A program made the translations under genes and the position numbers. Shown one piece after another: positions 7,969 to 20,423 of a DNA stretch of 32,000 nt. Numbering within the stretch: the stretch's first letter is position 1; every line of letters begins with the position of its first letter. The stretch spans positions 1,410,001 to 1,442,000 of the forward strand of contig NC_014408.1 of NCBI RefSeq assembly GCF_000145295.1, given 5' to 3'. The notes beneath the pieces are model-generated. The model saw only the letters and a program-made list of their open reading frames with translations. It did no database searches and was not told where the DNA came from. The stretch comes from Methanothermobacter marburgensis str. Marburg. Its GTDB lineage: Archaea > Methanobacteriota > Methanobacteria > Methanobacteriales > Methanothermobacteraceae.

Positions 7969-8921
7969 GCCAGTACAAAGAGTCTCATGACAACGTATGA
8001 TATGTATACTGCAAGTAAGATTATGCCTCCACTCCTTTTAAGTTTCATGTCCCCCTGCTTTATAAGTAGCACCAGGAGTACCGTCACAAGTATCATGATT
8101 GGTGCGTCAAATCTGAGCGAGAGAGGTTCAACAGGCACCGGGGCTATGAGAGCAGGGACACCTATACCCACAAGTATGTTGAAGGTGTTGCTTCCAAGTA
8201 CCGTGCCTATTGAGAGCTCATGGAGGCCCTTCACTGCAGATGAGAGTGTAACCACAAGTTCCGGTATACTTGTACCTATGGCCAGTGTGAAGAGACCCAT
8301 TATCATGGCTGGTATCCCTGCAATGTCTGCAAGTTCCACACCACTGTATACCAGGATTCTGCAGCCTATAACAAGACCAGTGAAACCTACAACCGTAAGG
8401 GCAAGTTTTTTAAGGTCAAGTGGTTCCCTCTGAGTTTCATGGGAATTCTCATCAGAATATGATTTCTGGGCCTTTATGAGTCTCCACAGGTAAACAGAGT
8501 AAAGCAGTACCATTGCAACTGCTGCCAGTCTCCCTATATTCCCGAAGAACATGAAAAAGAGTAGTATCAACCCTGTCATGAGGGTGGCGCTGAAGTCCCT
8601 TTTCAGGCCATCTGCGTTTGTCTCTATGACCCCTGCAACCAGTGCAGATATCCCGAGTATACCTGCAATGTTCCATATGTTTGAACCTATGACACAGCCA
8701 ACCCCTATGTCTGTACTGCCTGAAAGTGACGCTATAAGCGCCGAACCAAATTCAGGCAGGGAAGTTCCAATGGCAGATGCTGTAACACCAAGTATAACTT
8801 CAGATATGCCCAGTGAGGATCCAAGATCCACAAGGTTGTCCACAAAGATATCCGCAGATTTTATAACCAGAATCAGTGAGACCACCAGTGCAGCTATAAG
8901 AATCAATACATTTCCAAGCAA
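7965..8921 (-). CDS. Ca2+/cation antiporter (CaCA/NCX, YrbG-like)
   Basis: 318 aa and about 10 TM segments. The two alpha-repeat signatures are AIGTSLPEF and [12 protein letters not shown] start at 8921 with a GGTGAT SD 3 nt upstream. Confidence 0.85.
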
Positions 8922-9078
8922 GTTATCACCACTGAAAAACTTTCTTCCATTCCCTCAAGACCAGTATATTAATTGCATATTGACACTTAAATCTTTGTGC
9001 CGGAAATATGTTGCCGTTTTCTTCTATTTAAAACATTCCATTATAATAAAAATAAATTATTTAGTAATAACAACAGTT

Positions 9079-9114
9079 AAAAAAAATGAAATTTCTGGCT
9101 GCTCCTAGAGCAGC
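9079..9114 (-). terminator. mtr operon terminator: 7-bp GC-rich hairpin followed by T8
   Basis: The minus strand reads GCTGCTC-TAG-GAGCAGC (9098-9114; the loop is the mtrH stop codon), then 11 nt, then TTTTTTTT (9079-9086). Confidence 0.6.
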
Positions 9115-10037
9115 TTGAAGAATGGGTGGTCTTCCACAGCCTCGGTGCCTATGTCCTTGGCTGCTTCGCTTATGAATATGTCAGCCATTGCACAGGCTGG
9201 GAATGCCATCCTGGCGTTTTCTATCGGACCGTAGAGTACGAAGTCACCACCGGCCATCTGCTGGATCAGGTTGGATCCAACGTCACATACAGGCCAGGCT
9301 TCTTTGTGTTCCTTCTTGTACTCACGGAGCCAGTCCCAGGCTGATGGCACGTTGTGGATACCGCTACCAACAGGGTAGCCCCATTTGCTCTTAACTGCAA
9401 ATGAGGTCCTCACAGCAACACCTGCCCCCTGACCGAGTGGTGTAACTGCAACGTCCATGAGGTACTTGTCGATACCACAGTCGGCGGCCATTTCAAGAAG
9501 ACCCTTGTCTATTGTACCGGCACCGTCTTCCCAGATTCCAATTTTACCCTCAACTGTGGGGTCCATTGGGTTGAATCCAAGGACGATTGAAGCTGAGAGT
9601 TTGGTGTTCTTGAGTGCCTCAAGTTCTGACTCGTCGGCGGCCATGTTGACTGAGTTGTAGATGGCCCTGTCCTCAAGGCCAACTTCACTGGCGTACTCTG
9701 CACCGGCGATTCTTGCCTCACCGGATGTTGAGTCTATGAAGAATGGTGCGTCGGTGATGTCACCCACAAACTCCAGGTACTTGACTATTGCCTCGGGTGT
9801 CTGACCGAAGGTCTGTACGATGTGGGGGTTACCTGTGACATCTGACATCTCTTCCTGTGTCTTTATGAGGGCTTCTGCCTTGTCCTTGTCAAAGACACCT
9901 GCCTTTTCATCTTCAATGATGCTGTGTCCACCATAAAATATTGTTCCTGCTAATACGGTTGGGTACTCTCCTGGCTGACCACCAATTTTGGTTCCAGCTA
10001 TGTCCAGTACGATCTGTTCCTTATCAAACCTAAACAT
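9105..10037 (-). CDS. mtrH: Tetrahydromethanopterin S-methyltransferase subunit H
   Basis: 310 aa. The N-terminus MFRFDKEQIVLDIAGTKIGGQPGEYPTVLAGTIFY is recognised as MtrH. Last gene of the mtrEDCBAFGH order. Confidence 0.97.
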   Translation of the reverse strand: MFRFDKEQIVLDIAGTKIGGQPGEYPTVLAGTIFYGGHSIIEDEKAGVFDKDKAEALIKTQEEMSDVTGNPHIVQTFGQTPEAIVKYLEFVGDITDAPFFIDSTSGEARIAGAEYASEVGLEDRAIYNSVNMAADESELEALKNTKLSASIVLGFNPMDPTVEGKIGIWEDGAGTIDKGLLEMAADCGIDKYLMDVAVTPLGQGAGVAVRTSFAVKSKWGYPVGSGIHNVPSAWDWLREYKKEHKEAWPVCDVGSNLIQQMAGGDFVLYGPIENARMAFPACAMADIFISEAAKDIGTEAVEDHPFFKLL

Positions 10038-10052
10038 ATGTAAACCTCCAAG

Positions 10053-10519
<467 letters not shown>

Positions 10520-10531
10520 CTGGAAGCCTCC

Positions 10532-11248
10532 CTAGACCAGTAGAAGTATGCCCAGTGTCAGGGTGAAGGCAAGACCTATCATTATACCCTGAACCTTACC
10601 TGAGTACATACCGGCGAACATTCTGTTGGTGGAACCTATCATTTTAACCTGTGTCTGGATGTTCCTCATCCTCGCCTCAATAAGGGCTGTTTCTGGTGCC
10701 ACAGGTTTGACCTCTTCGCCTTCCTCTTCTTCTCCGCCTTCCTCGACCTTTATGATCATGGCCTCTTCTTCGAATGCGCCGGGGTCCTTCTCGATGCATT
10801 CCTTGACCTTGGCCTTGATGGCGTCGGCGTCCTCAACGTCTATGAGGTTGACGATCTCCAGCTGTTTCTGGAACCTCTCAATACCCTCATCAGGTATGTT
10901 TTCAATGTATGGAATGGCACCGGTTGCACCGATGATGTTCCTCTTATCAGGGTCCACACCGTTCTGGTGCAGGGCCTCTATACTCTGACCTGTGATGTGT
11001 CCCTGTACCTCTGAACCGCAGAGTATAAGGAACCTGATGTTGGGGTTGGATATGAGGTTTGCGATCATCTTTTCGATTCCGAGGTTCTCTGTCTTGCATG
11101 GCCCTGCGATGGCAGCTCCTGCCTCAACAGGTATGTCCTCGATGTGAGAGGCGAGGGTGGTGGCAGCCACAGGACTTTCAGGGTCGCCCACGATGTAGTC
11201 ACCGTTAACCACAGGCCATCCTTCAGCAGGTGATTTCTTTTCAACCAC
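10532..11248 (-). CDS. mtrA: Tetrahydromethanopterin S-methyltransferase subunit A (corrinoid-binding)
   Basis: 238 aa. N-terminus [32 protein letters not shown], an acidic linker and a C-terminal TM anchor. Confidence 0.97.
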   Translation of the reverse strand: MVEKKSPAEGWPVVNGDYIVGDPESPVAATTLASHIEDIPVEAGAAIAGPCKTENLGIEKMIANLISNPNIRFLILCGSEVQGHITGQSIEALHQNGVDPDKRNIIGATGAIPYIENIPDEGIERFQKQLEIVNLIDVEDADAIKAKVKECIEKDPGAFEEEAMIIKVEEGGEEEEGEEVKPVAPETALIEARMRNIQTQVKMIGSTNRMFAGMYSGKVQGIMIGLAFTLTLGILLLV

Positions 11249-11260
11249 TTATAACACCTC

Positions 11261-11563
11261 CTATAAGAGCAGGGCAAACAGGATGATCAGACCAAGTATG
11301 AACCCGTAAACTATGTTGGTGAGTTTACCTGCTGTCAGGTATACTCCTTCCCTTCCAGGGTAGGAACCCTCAGGGATGGTTGTTGGGTCCAGTGAGTTAA
11401 TCAGATCATCTGCTGTAGCCTCTAATGCAGCTATCTGTTCGTTTATTTCGTCCATGGATAATATTATTACTTCCCTTCCAAGGGCAGCCCCTATCATACC
11501 GGTGGAAGGATCAAGGGTCAGGTTGTATTCCGGAGCGATCTTAACAAGTGGTAACATTTCCAT
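11261..11563 (-). CDS. mtrB: Tetrahydromethanopterin S-methyltransferase subunit B
   Basis: 100 aa with a C-terminal TM helix. Position between mtrC and mtrA. Confidence 0.95.
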   Translation of the reverse strand: MEMLPLVKIAPEYNLTLDPSTGMIGAALGREVIILSMDEINEQIAALEATADDLINSLDPTTIPEGSYPGREGVYLTAGKLTNIVYGFILGLIILFALLL

Positions 11564-11574
11564 TTTTAAGCCTC

Positions 11575-12377
11575 CTAGTGCTCTTCCTCCTTAGGCCAGA
11601 GACCTGACCATTTCACGGATGCTGCTTCCTCGAAGGATGCGCTCACGAATGCCCTGAATGCCACTATCCAGCAGAGTGCACCGATAAGTGAAACAAGCCA
11701 CCAGCTAGGGTTGAGCCCTATTCCAAGTAGACCCACGATGGCCATTGATATGAACCCTGTTGATGCTGCAAGTTTAAGTGTCCTTGTCTGGTTCTCATTT
11801 GGACCAAGACATGCGTTGAATGGGTGCTGAATAGCCATTGTGTTGAGGATGAATAGCAGACCTATGAATCCTGTTGTTATGACTGATGTGAGCATTGTCT
11901 GCAGTGTGTAGCTACCTGCAATGGCTGCTGAGAATCCAAGGACTGAAAGTGCTGCTGCACCTGAGATCTCCGCGGTGCACTTCTCGAGGATTGGGATTTT
12001 CATCTTAACTATCTTCTTACCCAGTACAGCCACAACCACGCCGAGTATCATTGCCAGTATCAGTGCAACAACAGGTACTGCAATGGCGGGTACCACAAAC
12101 ACTGATGCAAGTCCAGCCACCACACCAACTATACCTATTGAAACTGACATGTACCCGATTGATGGCACACCGGTACCGAGACCGTAACTTGCAACCCTCC
12201 TTATGGCGTCTGCGCCCCATACTATTGCACAGACAGCCCCAAGGGATGCCAGGACTGGTCCTATGACCGGGTTAACTGCGGATGCATATATACCTGCAAG
12301 TCCGCCCAGTATTCCAAGTGCCATGAGCCTGCTCTCAGGTATGGCTGCGCCGGCCGGTCCTCCAGCTGCTACTGACA

Positions 12378-12378
<1 letters not shown>
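11575..12378 (-). CDS. mtrC: Tetrahydromethanopterin S-methyltransferase subunit C
   Basis: Polytopic membrane protein. I use the internal ATG at 12378 ([17 protein letters not shown]...), which forms a TAATG overlap with the mtrD stop. The 22-codon upstream extension in the ORF track lies inside mtrD. Confidence 0.93.
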
Positions 12379-13079
<701 letters not shown>

Positions 13080-13967
13080 TTATTCTTCCTCCTTGTATGG
13101 TCCATATCTGTTCCTTGCAAAGACTTCAAGCCTGTTGTTGAGGATTATCAGTAACAAGACTATTATGAGACCGGATATTATTCCGCCGGTTATGCCGAAG
13201 ACTATTGTGTTCCAGAAGCTGAGGAATACTATTGCACCGAATGCGAATCCTGTTAGGGGTCCGCCGTACTTTGCACAGAAGTGAACAACGTCCATTGAGT
13301 TTCTTGCTCCAAGCTCTGCCTTTGTTGTTATGTCACCGTGAATCGCAACAGGTATACCTCCACCGAATGGGTACTGCTGGTACTCCCTTTCAGCACCGTA
13401 GTGGACGTCCCCTGTTGATGAACCGATTGCACCTATTGTTATACCCCAGAGCACTGCAAGAAGTGGCAGTGGGAATGGGTGTGCAAATCCAGGGATCGGT
13501 AATGTCATGAGATATGATAATCCTACAGTACAGAATGTCACAATAAAGCCATGCCCTGCAATTGGGCCTAAATGCTGAACCAGCATGTCCATGAAGAGTG
13601 GCTGGTTGAACTGGGACTGGCTGACAATTCGTCCCATGTGGGATGTTACAGCGTAGGTTGTGTGTACCATTGCGGCAATTACAGCACCGATTGCAATGGC
13701 CATTATCACAGGTAGCTGCATTGAATTCATAAGGACAAATGCAACTGAACCAGCAATTCCGCACCAGGTTCCGTAGGCAACGGGTTCCCCTGAAACGGCC
13801 TTGTTGATTATTCGGTGCAGGTGTCCCATCTGTGGTGCCAGCTGAACCTGTGAGTTGGGGTTACTCTGGGATCCTACGTCAGACTCTAAGTCCTCTGCGG
13901 CTCCTGCTATGGTTGCAGCTGCACCCATGAGAGCTACAACACCTAAACCTGTTATCATAGGGTCCAT
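13080..13967 (-). CDS. mtrE: Tetrahydromethanopterin S-methyltransferase subunit E
   Basis: 295 aa. MDPMITGLGVVALMGAAATIAGAAEDLESDVGSQSNPNSQVQLAPQM. First gene of the mtr operon. SD AAGGAGGAAG lies upstream of ATG 13967. Confidence 0.96.
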   Translation of the reverse strand: MDPMITGLGVVALMGAAATIAGAAEDLESDVGSQSNPNSQVQLAPQMGHLHRIINKAVSGEPVAYGTWCGIAGSVAFVLMNSMQLPVIMAIAIGAVIAAMVHTTYAVTSHMGRIVSQSQFNQPLFMDMLVQHLGPIAGHGFIVTFCTVGLSYLMTLPIPGFAHPFPLPLLAVLWGITIGAIGSSTGDVHYGAEREYQQYPFGGGIPVAIHGDITTKAELGARNSMDVVHFCAKYGGPLTGFAFGAIVFLSFWNTIVFGITGGIISGLIIVLLLIILNNRLEVFARNRYGPYKEEE

Positions 13968-13995
13968 ATTTCTTCCTCCTTTTATTTTTTTGAAT

Positions 13996-14042
13996 AAAAA
14001 AAATTAGGTGCATTACACTTAAAAAGTTTGTGTAATGCACCT
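13996..14042 (-). terminator. mcr operon terminator: perfect 13-bp stem, 11-nt loop, then AA + T8
   Basis: The arms are 14006-14018 (aggtgcattacac) and 14030-14042 (gtgtaatgcacct). On the minus strand the hairpin starts 8 nt after the mcrA stop and is followed by AATTTTTTTT (14005 to 13996). Confidence 0.75.
14016..14027 (-). promoter_or_regulatory. Candidate mtr TATA element (ACTTTTTAAGTG) inside the terminator hairpin
   Basis: AT-rich box whose 3' end lies 49 nt upstream of the mtrE ATG. The identical 12-mer sits 46 nt upstream of the DegT-family gene ATG (31237-31248). Confidence 0.35.
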
Positions 14043-14050
14043 TCGTTAAT

Positions 14051-15703
14051 CTATTTTGCGGGTGTTATGAGTGCTCTTTCACCGGCTGGTTCGAACTCTC
14101 GCAGAGCACCTTTGGCGAATTCGCCACGGACGTTGGTGAAGTCGAAGACAAGGTTGTCGTCTGCAAAGGCTATTTTCACCAGTGGGTTGAACACGAAGGC
14201 GTCTCCACGGGCAGCGTGTGGTGCCTGTGATATACCTGCGTATTCACCCTGGTGTCCCACGTTCATGGCGTAGTTTGGATAGTTAGGTCCACGAAGCTCC
14301 AGTGGCAGTCCCTCGTCGCCCCTTATTGAGAAGACGTTGGATGCACCACACTGGTCCTGGAGGTCGTAACCGTAGAATCCGAGCCTTGAGTGCTGTTCTT
14401 TGTGGAGGTACATTGAGAGGTACCATCCGCTGAGACCTGTCTGGGCGTTTCCTGTTGCGAATGCTGTTGAACATCCAGCTGCAGCTGCAACGACTGCTGC
14501 CCTCTGTGATCCACCGAACTGGTCTTCGAGGAGTGCTGGGTATTCCTCGTACTGTTCAAGGCCGTAGAATGTGACCTCAGTTGCAACGTCCAGGACGGTG
14601 TCCATGTTGTTTGGTGCCTCACAGAGTCCGTACTTGTCTTCCACGTACTCCTTACCGAAGTAGGTGAAGTCGTCAAGTATGTTGTCTGTGTATGCTGCTG
14701 TGGCGTACTGTGTGAATCCGACACCACCTGACATGTATGATCCTAGCCAGATCTGGTCGTAGAGCATTGCACCGGTTGCCACAACGTCAAGTGACACCCT
14801 GACAGGGTCCTCATAGTTGACCCTTGAGCTCTGACAGATGTCTGCAAGGTAACCGAATGGTACACCACCAGGCTCGTTTTCACCCCTTGCACGTCTCACA
14901 GGCAGGTATGTACCCATGTGTATGACTTCAGCGTGTTTTGCAGCGTATGCGAAGTCACCTGTTGCGGCTTCACCTGCTGCCTGTTTGTAGGCTGAAATCA
15001 TGGACATACCTATCTGCATGGCGGACCATCGTGAGGTTGTTGCACCGTCACAGGTCCTTGAGACTATGGTTGGGATCCTGACGACCTGCCAGATTCCGTC
15101 ACCAACCTCTGCCTTGAGGGTTTCTGCCTGGTCCTCTGGGAACTGTTTGTTGATGTCTATGACGAATGCAGGGTCGATTTCATCTGCTATTTCGTCGTTA
15201 CCTGTGAATACCTTGACGTAACTGTCTGCCACCAGTGCAGGGTGGGTTTCCACCATGTGTTCCTGGACGACAGCTGCACCCGGCATTGCGTGGTTCACTG
15301 TTTCAAGGTAGTGGGTTATTGTCTCAGGTGTGACCTCCTTACCCAGCCTCTTTTCTATAACAGCGTGGGCGTGGTTCAGACCGACGATAACGGTCCTCCT
15401 TATGTCGTCCCACATCTGCTGCATGGCAGCGTTGTTCACGAAGTGGAGGTCGTCCCCTTCAACATAGGTGTCGGTTGTTGAAACCTGGTAGGGCATGAGC
15501 ACCCTCTGACCAAGTGGGGTACCTATGTCAGGGTTATACTGGGGTATACCCCTCTTTGCTGCCACTTCTTTACCAGCGTTCACAAACTCGGTTTTTCTTT
15601 CTGACTGTTTCCAGCCACCAAGTGTGTAGAATGTGGTTTTCTTCTCTTCAGGGGATTCTTCAAATTTTTTCTTTAAAGCATTTATGAACAATTTGTCAGC
15701 CAT
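14051..15703 (-). CDS. mcrA: Methyl-coenzyme M reductase I alpha subunit
   Basis: 550 aa. The sequence is recognised along its whole length. Modified residues fall at H257, R271, Q400, G445, D450 and C452 (codons 14933-35, 14891-93, 14504-06, 14369-71, 14354-56 and 14348-50). Confidence 0.99.
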
Positions 15704-15722
15704 AATCTACACCTCCCCCGGA

Positions 15723-16472
15723 TTATTCTAGGTTGAACCCTCCTTGTGATCTTAAAACGTGGATTCTCTGCATGATCTCCACGGCTTCTACATCATCACG
15801 GTAGGCTTCACCATCCACGCGGTAGATGGTTGTTTTTTCCATCAGGGTTTCTTCATCCAGTGGTTCACCAAGATCCACGGGTTCGTCGAGTTCGTCACCG
15901 ATCTGGTTCTTGACCATTTCGACTCTGCCTGTGTCCTTGTTGTAGATCTGCCTTCTGAGCATGTCGAACATCATACCGTCTTCATCGAGACGCAGTGAGT
16001 GTCCGTGGACAGATTTACCCCTGACACCTGACCTTGCAGGGTCAAAGAACTCTGTTTCAAGGAGTTCCTTGGATATCTTTTCAAGGTCCCTCTCCCTGGT
16101 CTCTATGATCTGACGTCCTGAGAGTGTACCTGCGTCTGCACCCCTGTACCTGCAGAGGTATGCCCTTGACCTCACATATGGCTGGGCTGGGGCGAAGTAC
16201 ATTGAGTCTGTGAACTGTATGTATCTGACCCTGTCACCGGCCTTTGCACCGTCTATTGGTTCGACCATTTCTCTTATTGCGTCCTCTGGTTCATCCATCT
16301 CTTCAAGTGGTGGGTGAACACTTGGGTATTCTTCCCCTGGGGCCCTGTGACCCAGAATCTTTACTACATCTTCATCTGAGATTTCTCTCAGTTTTTCAAG
16401 TTCGTATTCAGGGTTACAGAAATTCCTTCTGTTCTGAGCAACCTTAGTTGTTCCGGGATAGTATTGTGCCAT
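15723..16472 (-). CDS. mcrG: Methyl-coenzyme M reductase I gamma subunit
   Basis: Starts MAQYYPGTTKVAQNRRNF at ATG 16472. The SD AGGAGGTG is embedded in the last mcrC codons. The MHD extension in the ORF track begins at a GTG inside that SD. Confidence 0.98.
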   Translation of the reverse strand: MAQYYPGTTKVAQNRRNFCNPEYELEKLREISDEDVVKILGHRAPGEEYPSVHPPLEEMDEPEDAIREMVEPIDGAKAGDRVRYIQFTDSMYFAPAQPYVRSRAYLCRYRGADAGTLSGRQIIETRERDLEKISKELLETEFFDPARSGVRGKSVHGHSLRLDEDGMMFDMLRRQIYNKDTGRVEMVKNQIGDELDEPVDLGEPLDEETLMEKTTIYRVDGEAYRDDVEAVEIMQRIHVLRSQGGFNLE

Positions 16473-16473
16473 A

Positions 16474-17070
16474 TCATGCACCTCCTAAAGCTAACTTAAC
16501 CTTTCTTATAATCTCATCCAGTTTTTCCTGGGGACAGGTTTCTCCTCTAATAACTCCACTCACGATGTCAACGATTGTTCCCTTGGTTTTTGGTTCATCC
16601 GGCATTACGACCCTGGTTTTGACACCTATCTTCGCAAAGTCCTCAAAGTCAACCGGGTATTCGCATATGACTATGCATGGGCGGTCAACATTTCTGAGTA
16701 TGAGGCGTGCCTTGTAGGTGATGTGGTTCTTTACTCCGCCAAGGTGCACCACAAGGAGTCTGTGCCGCTTCATCTGCTCGACTTCAGCAGGTGTTAATCC
16801 AAAGAGGCTCCCTGCACCGGCACTTGGAGCGTCCTGTGGAACCCCTGCGCCTGCGTTGAGTACCAGGGTACTGGTCATTATGTTTGCTTCCCTCAGGGCA
16901 AATGTTATCTCGCAGACAGGCTTGGTTATGTGGCGCCTGCCAGGTGACATTGCCACTGCCAGAACTTCACTTCCGCACTGGGCAAAGGTACCCCTCTGGG
17001 CTATTCCTCCGCCTTCACCCATACCCATTGTCTCTCTACAGTCAACCACGTGAGTGCACTTTCCGATCAT
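16474..17070 (-). CDS. mcrC: Methyl-coenzyme M reductase operon protein C
   Basis: 198 aa. Position between mcrD and mcrG. Contains [16 protein letters not shown]...[22 protein letters not shown]. Confidence 0.97.
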   Translation of the reverse strand: MIGKCTHVVDCRETMGMGEGGGIAQRGTFAQCGSEVLAVAMSPGRRHITKPVCEITFALREANIMTSTLVLNAGAGVPQDAPSAGAGSLFGLTPAEVEQMKRHRLLVVHLGGVKNHITYKARLILRNVDRPCIVICEYPVDFEDFAKIGVKTRVVMPDEPKTKGTIVDIVSGVIRGETCPQEKLDEIIRKVKLALGGA

Positions 17071-17508
17071 CTAATGCTCCTTCTTCCTTTTTATTATTGT
17101 GGCCCTTTCACTGAGCCTGGCGTTCTGATCCGTGAGACCGATGAGTTCATCAGGAATCTCATCAAGGCTCTCGCCGTACTTTATCTCGTCTGTGACGGTT
17201 TTCTCTGTTCTTATGTACTTGCCGGGAGTAACATCATATCCAAAGGGCAGGAGATCCTCGCAAACCCTCTTGATATCGGTTATTGTCTCCTCGTCCTCCA
17301 CTTCAAGCAGCACACGGCCAGTTTTAACCTGAAGTTCAAATTCCTGGCCTTTAACGTTGATTATGCGCCTGTCAGGGTGGTCCTCTGGTGGTAGTCTCTG
17401 TCCGTGGATCACCATTCGCTTAACGCCGTGGATGTCCTCAAGGCGGTTAAGGAGTTTCTCTGTGGTGTCGGCCCCTAGCAGCCTGTGAGGAAATATCTGA
17501 ACGTCCAT
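17071..17508 (-). CDS. mcrD: Methyl-coenzyme M reductase operon protein D
   Basis: 145 aa. Position between mcrB and mcrC. Confidence 0.96.
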   Translation of the reverse strand: MDVQIFPHRLLGADTTEKLLNRLEDIHGVKRMVIHGQRLPPEDHPDRRIINVKGQEFELQVKTGRVLLEVEDEETITDIKRVCEDLLPFGYDVTPGKYIRTEKTVTDEIKYGESLDEIPDELIGLTDQNARLSERATIIKRKKEH

Positions 17509-17539
17509 TGGTTTTTTGCCCCCAGTTCTGAGAGATTAT

Positions 17540-18901
<1,362 letters not shown>

Positions 18902-18983
18902 CTAAACATCCAAGACCCCCTTTTCAGGAAAGGCAAGAAGGCCCTTGGAGGGTGTTAAAACACCCGTTTTAGTATACGGTGCA

Positions 18984-19016
18984 TATTTAACTTGATCATA
19001 ATTAATTAAGATTTCT
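18984..19016 (-). promoter_or_regulatory. Candidate mcr promoter: two alternative BRE/TATA-like boxes on the minus strand
   Basis: The minus strand reads AGAAAT-CTTAATTA (19016-19003) and GATCAA-GTTAAATA (18997-18984). Either would give a leader of about 90-110 nt. I cannot choose between them from sequence alone. Confidence 0.35.
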
Positions 19017-19029
19017 TTCTGAATCAAGT

Positions 19030-19044
19030 CGAAAGATTTATATG
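19030..19044 (+). promoter_or_regulatory. BRE/TATA-like element oriented toward mmp10
   Basis: CGAAAGA-TTTATATG on the + strand. The purine-rich BRE side is upstream only in the + orientation. A second AT box, AAATTATATTTAAGG (19141-19155), lies about 28 nt before ATG 19176. Confidence 0.4.
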
Positions 19045-19175
19045 TATCAACACGTTTTCTTCGGGTTTTATGGATTTTTTGTACGGCTGCGTTGATTTTT
19101 ATGATCATGCACACCGCAGGTATGATGGCTGCAGGGTAATAAATTATATTTAAGGCGCAGCACAGAAAGAGGGAC

Positions 19176-20423
19176 ATGCAGATAATAGCGGATTTGGGTG
19201 GTATACCTGGCAAGGACTGCAGGGGATTCTGCAGGTACTGTTACTTCAGAAAGGTGGGAGAATTTGAACCCTTCGGCTGCAGGAACTGCTCCCCGGGAAG
19301 GGTGGGCTGTGAAACCTGTGGAAGAGATGTTGCAGAGAGGGGAAGGGAATTTTTACCCCCATTCCTTGTCATGGGTAATGTGCAGACAACACTTATGATG
19401 CAGAACCTTCAGGATAAGGACCTGAAGATAAACATCAGCGGCGGGGGTGATGTGAGCTGCTACCCCCACCTTGAGGAGCTGACAGCGGGACTTAGTGAAT
19501 TTGAGATCCCCATACACCTGGGATACACAAGCGGTAAGGGCATGGATGACCCTGAGCTGGCATCCAGGCTCATTGGAAATGGTGTGGATGAGGTAACCTT
19601 CACTGTGTTCTCAGCGAACCCCCTCCTGAGGAGAGAGTGGATGCGCGATAGGAACGCTGAAAATGCACTGGAAGCCCTCAGGATATTCTGTGAATCCTGT
19701 GAGGTCCACGCTGCAGCAGTGATCATACCCGGTGTGAATGATGGTGATGACCTCCTTGAAACCTGCTCCAGACTTGAGGAATGGGGGGCCACAGGATTCA
19801 TAATGATGCGATTTGCAAACTATGAGCATCAGGGGCTGATACTCGGCAATGGGCCAATAATTGAGGGTATAGAGCCGCACACAGTCCAGGAATTTGAGGA
19901 CCTTGTGAGGATGGTTGACCAAGAGTTCAATCTCAGGGTTACAGGGACACCTGTCTGCGACCCTGAAAACGGGACTCCATTTGTCCTTGCAGATGACTCA
20001 AGCAGGGAGTACCTTGAGATCCTCCCTGAAATCAGGGGCGAGGCAACCATAATCACAGGATCCATTGCAGCCCCCTACATAAGGAGGATAATAAGGAACC
20101 TTGGGGCAGAGGACACTGTGAACGTTGTTGGTGTTGAGAAGGACATAGCATGCCTCATCACCAGGAAGGACCTCGAGGGTGTGGACCTCAGCGAACTTAA
20201 GGAAACAGTGATAATCCCGGGCAGGGCATTTGTCCATGAAATGCAGGCAAAGGAGGTTCTAAGCCGCGATGGTACTGACCGGATAGTCATAAGGGGCCCT
20301 GAAAGGCTCACCGTTGATGGGGAGATGAGCGGTACGCTGTCCCAGTATGATGTTATAGAGAGGGAGATGGAAGCATTCTATGAACTTATACAGGCCATAA
20401 ATTTCTTCGGTGCTTCTGAATGA
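19176..20423 (+). CDS. mmp10: Methanogenesis marker protein 10, a radical SAM methyltransferase (McrA Arg271 C5-methylation)
   Basis: 415 aa. N-terminal radical SAM triad C15-x3-C19-x2-C22 (DCRGFCRYCYF), as reported for Mmp10. Divergent from and adjacent to mcr, as in many methanogens. Confidence 0.85.
   Translation: MQIIADLGGIPGKDCRGFCRYCYFRKVGEFEPFGCRNCSPGRVGCETCGRDVAERGREFLPPFLVMGNVQTTLMMQNLQDKDLKINISGGGDVSCYPHLEELTAGLSEFEIPIHLGYTSGKGMDDPELASRLIGNGVDEVTFTVFSANPLLRREWMRDRNAENALEALRIFCESCEVHAAAVIIPGVNDGDDLLETCSRLEEWGATGFIMMRFANYEHQGLILGNGPIIEGIEPHTVQEFEDLVRMVDQEFNLRVTGTPVCDPENGTPFVLADDSSREYLEILPEIRGEATIITGSIAAPYIRRIIRNLGAEDTVNVVGVEKDIACLITRKDLEGVDLSELKETVIIPGRAFVHEMQAKEVLSRDGTDRIVIRGPERLTVDGEMSGTLSQYDVIEREMEAFYELIQAINFFGASE

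Noticed and set aside
8984-8993. The TTAAGTG heptamer recurring at 8984-8993, 14016-14027, 31237-31248 and on the + strand near 29985
   Set aside because: A 7-mer is expected about 4 times by chance on both strands of 32 kb. Only the 12-mer shared by the mtrE and DegT-gene upstream regions is treated as meaningful.
16473-16481. MHD extension of McrG
   Set aside because: It begins at a GTG that is part of the AGGAGGTG SD within the last mcrC codons. The mature protein sequence begins AQYYPG, which fits ATG 16472.
18902-19213. 103-aa minus-strand ORF spanning the whole mcrB-mmp10 spacer
   Set aside because: Its ATG lies inside mmp10 coding sequence. It has no SD or room for a promoter, it covers the AT-rich promoter and leader region, and its sequence is low-complexity and hydrophobic. 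It is most likely a chance open frame.
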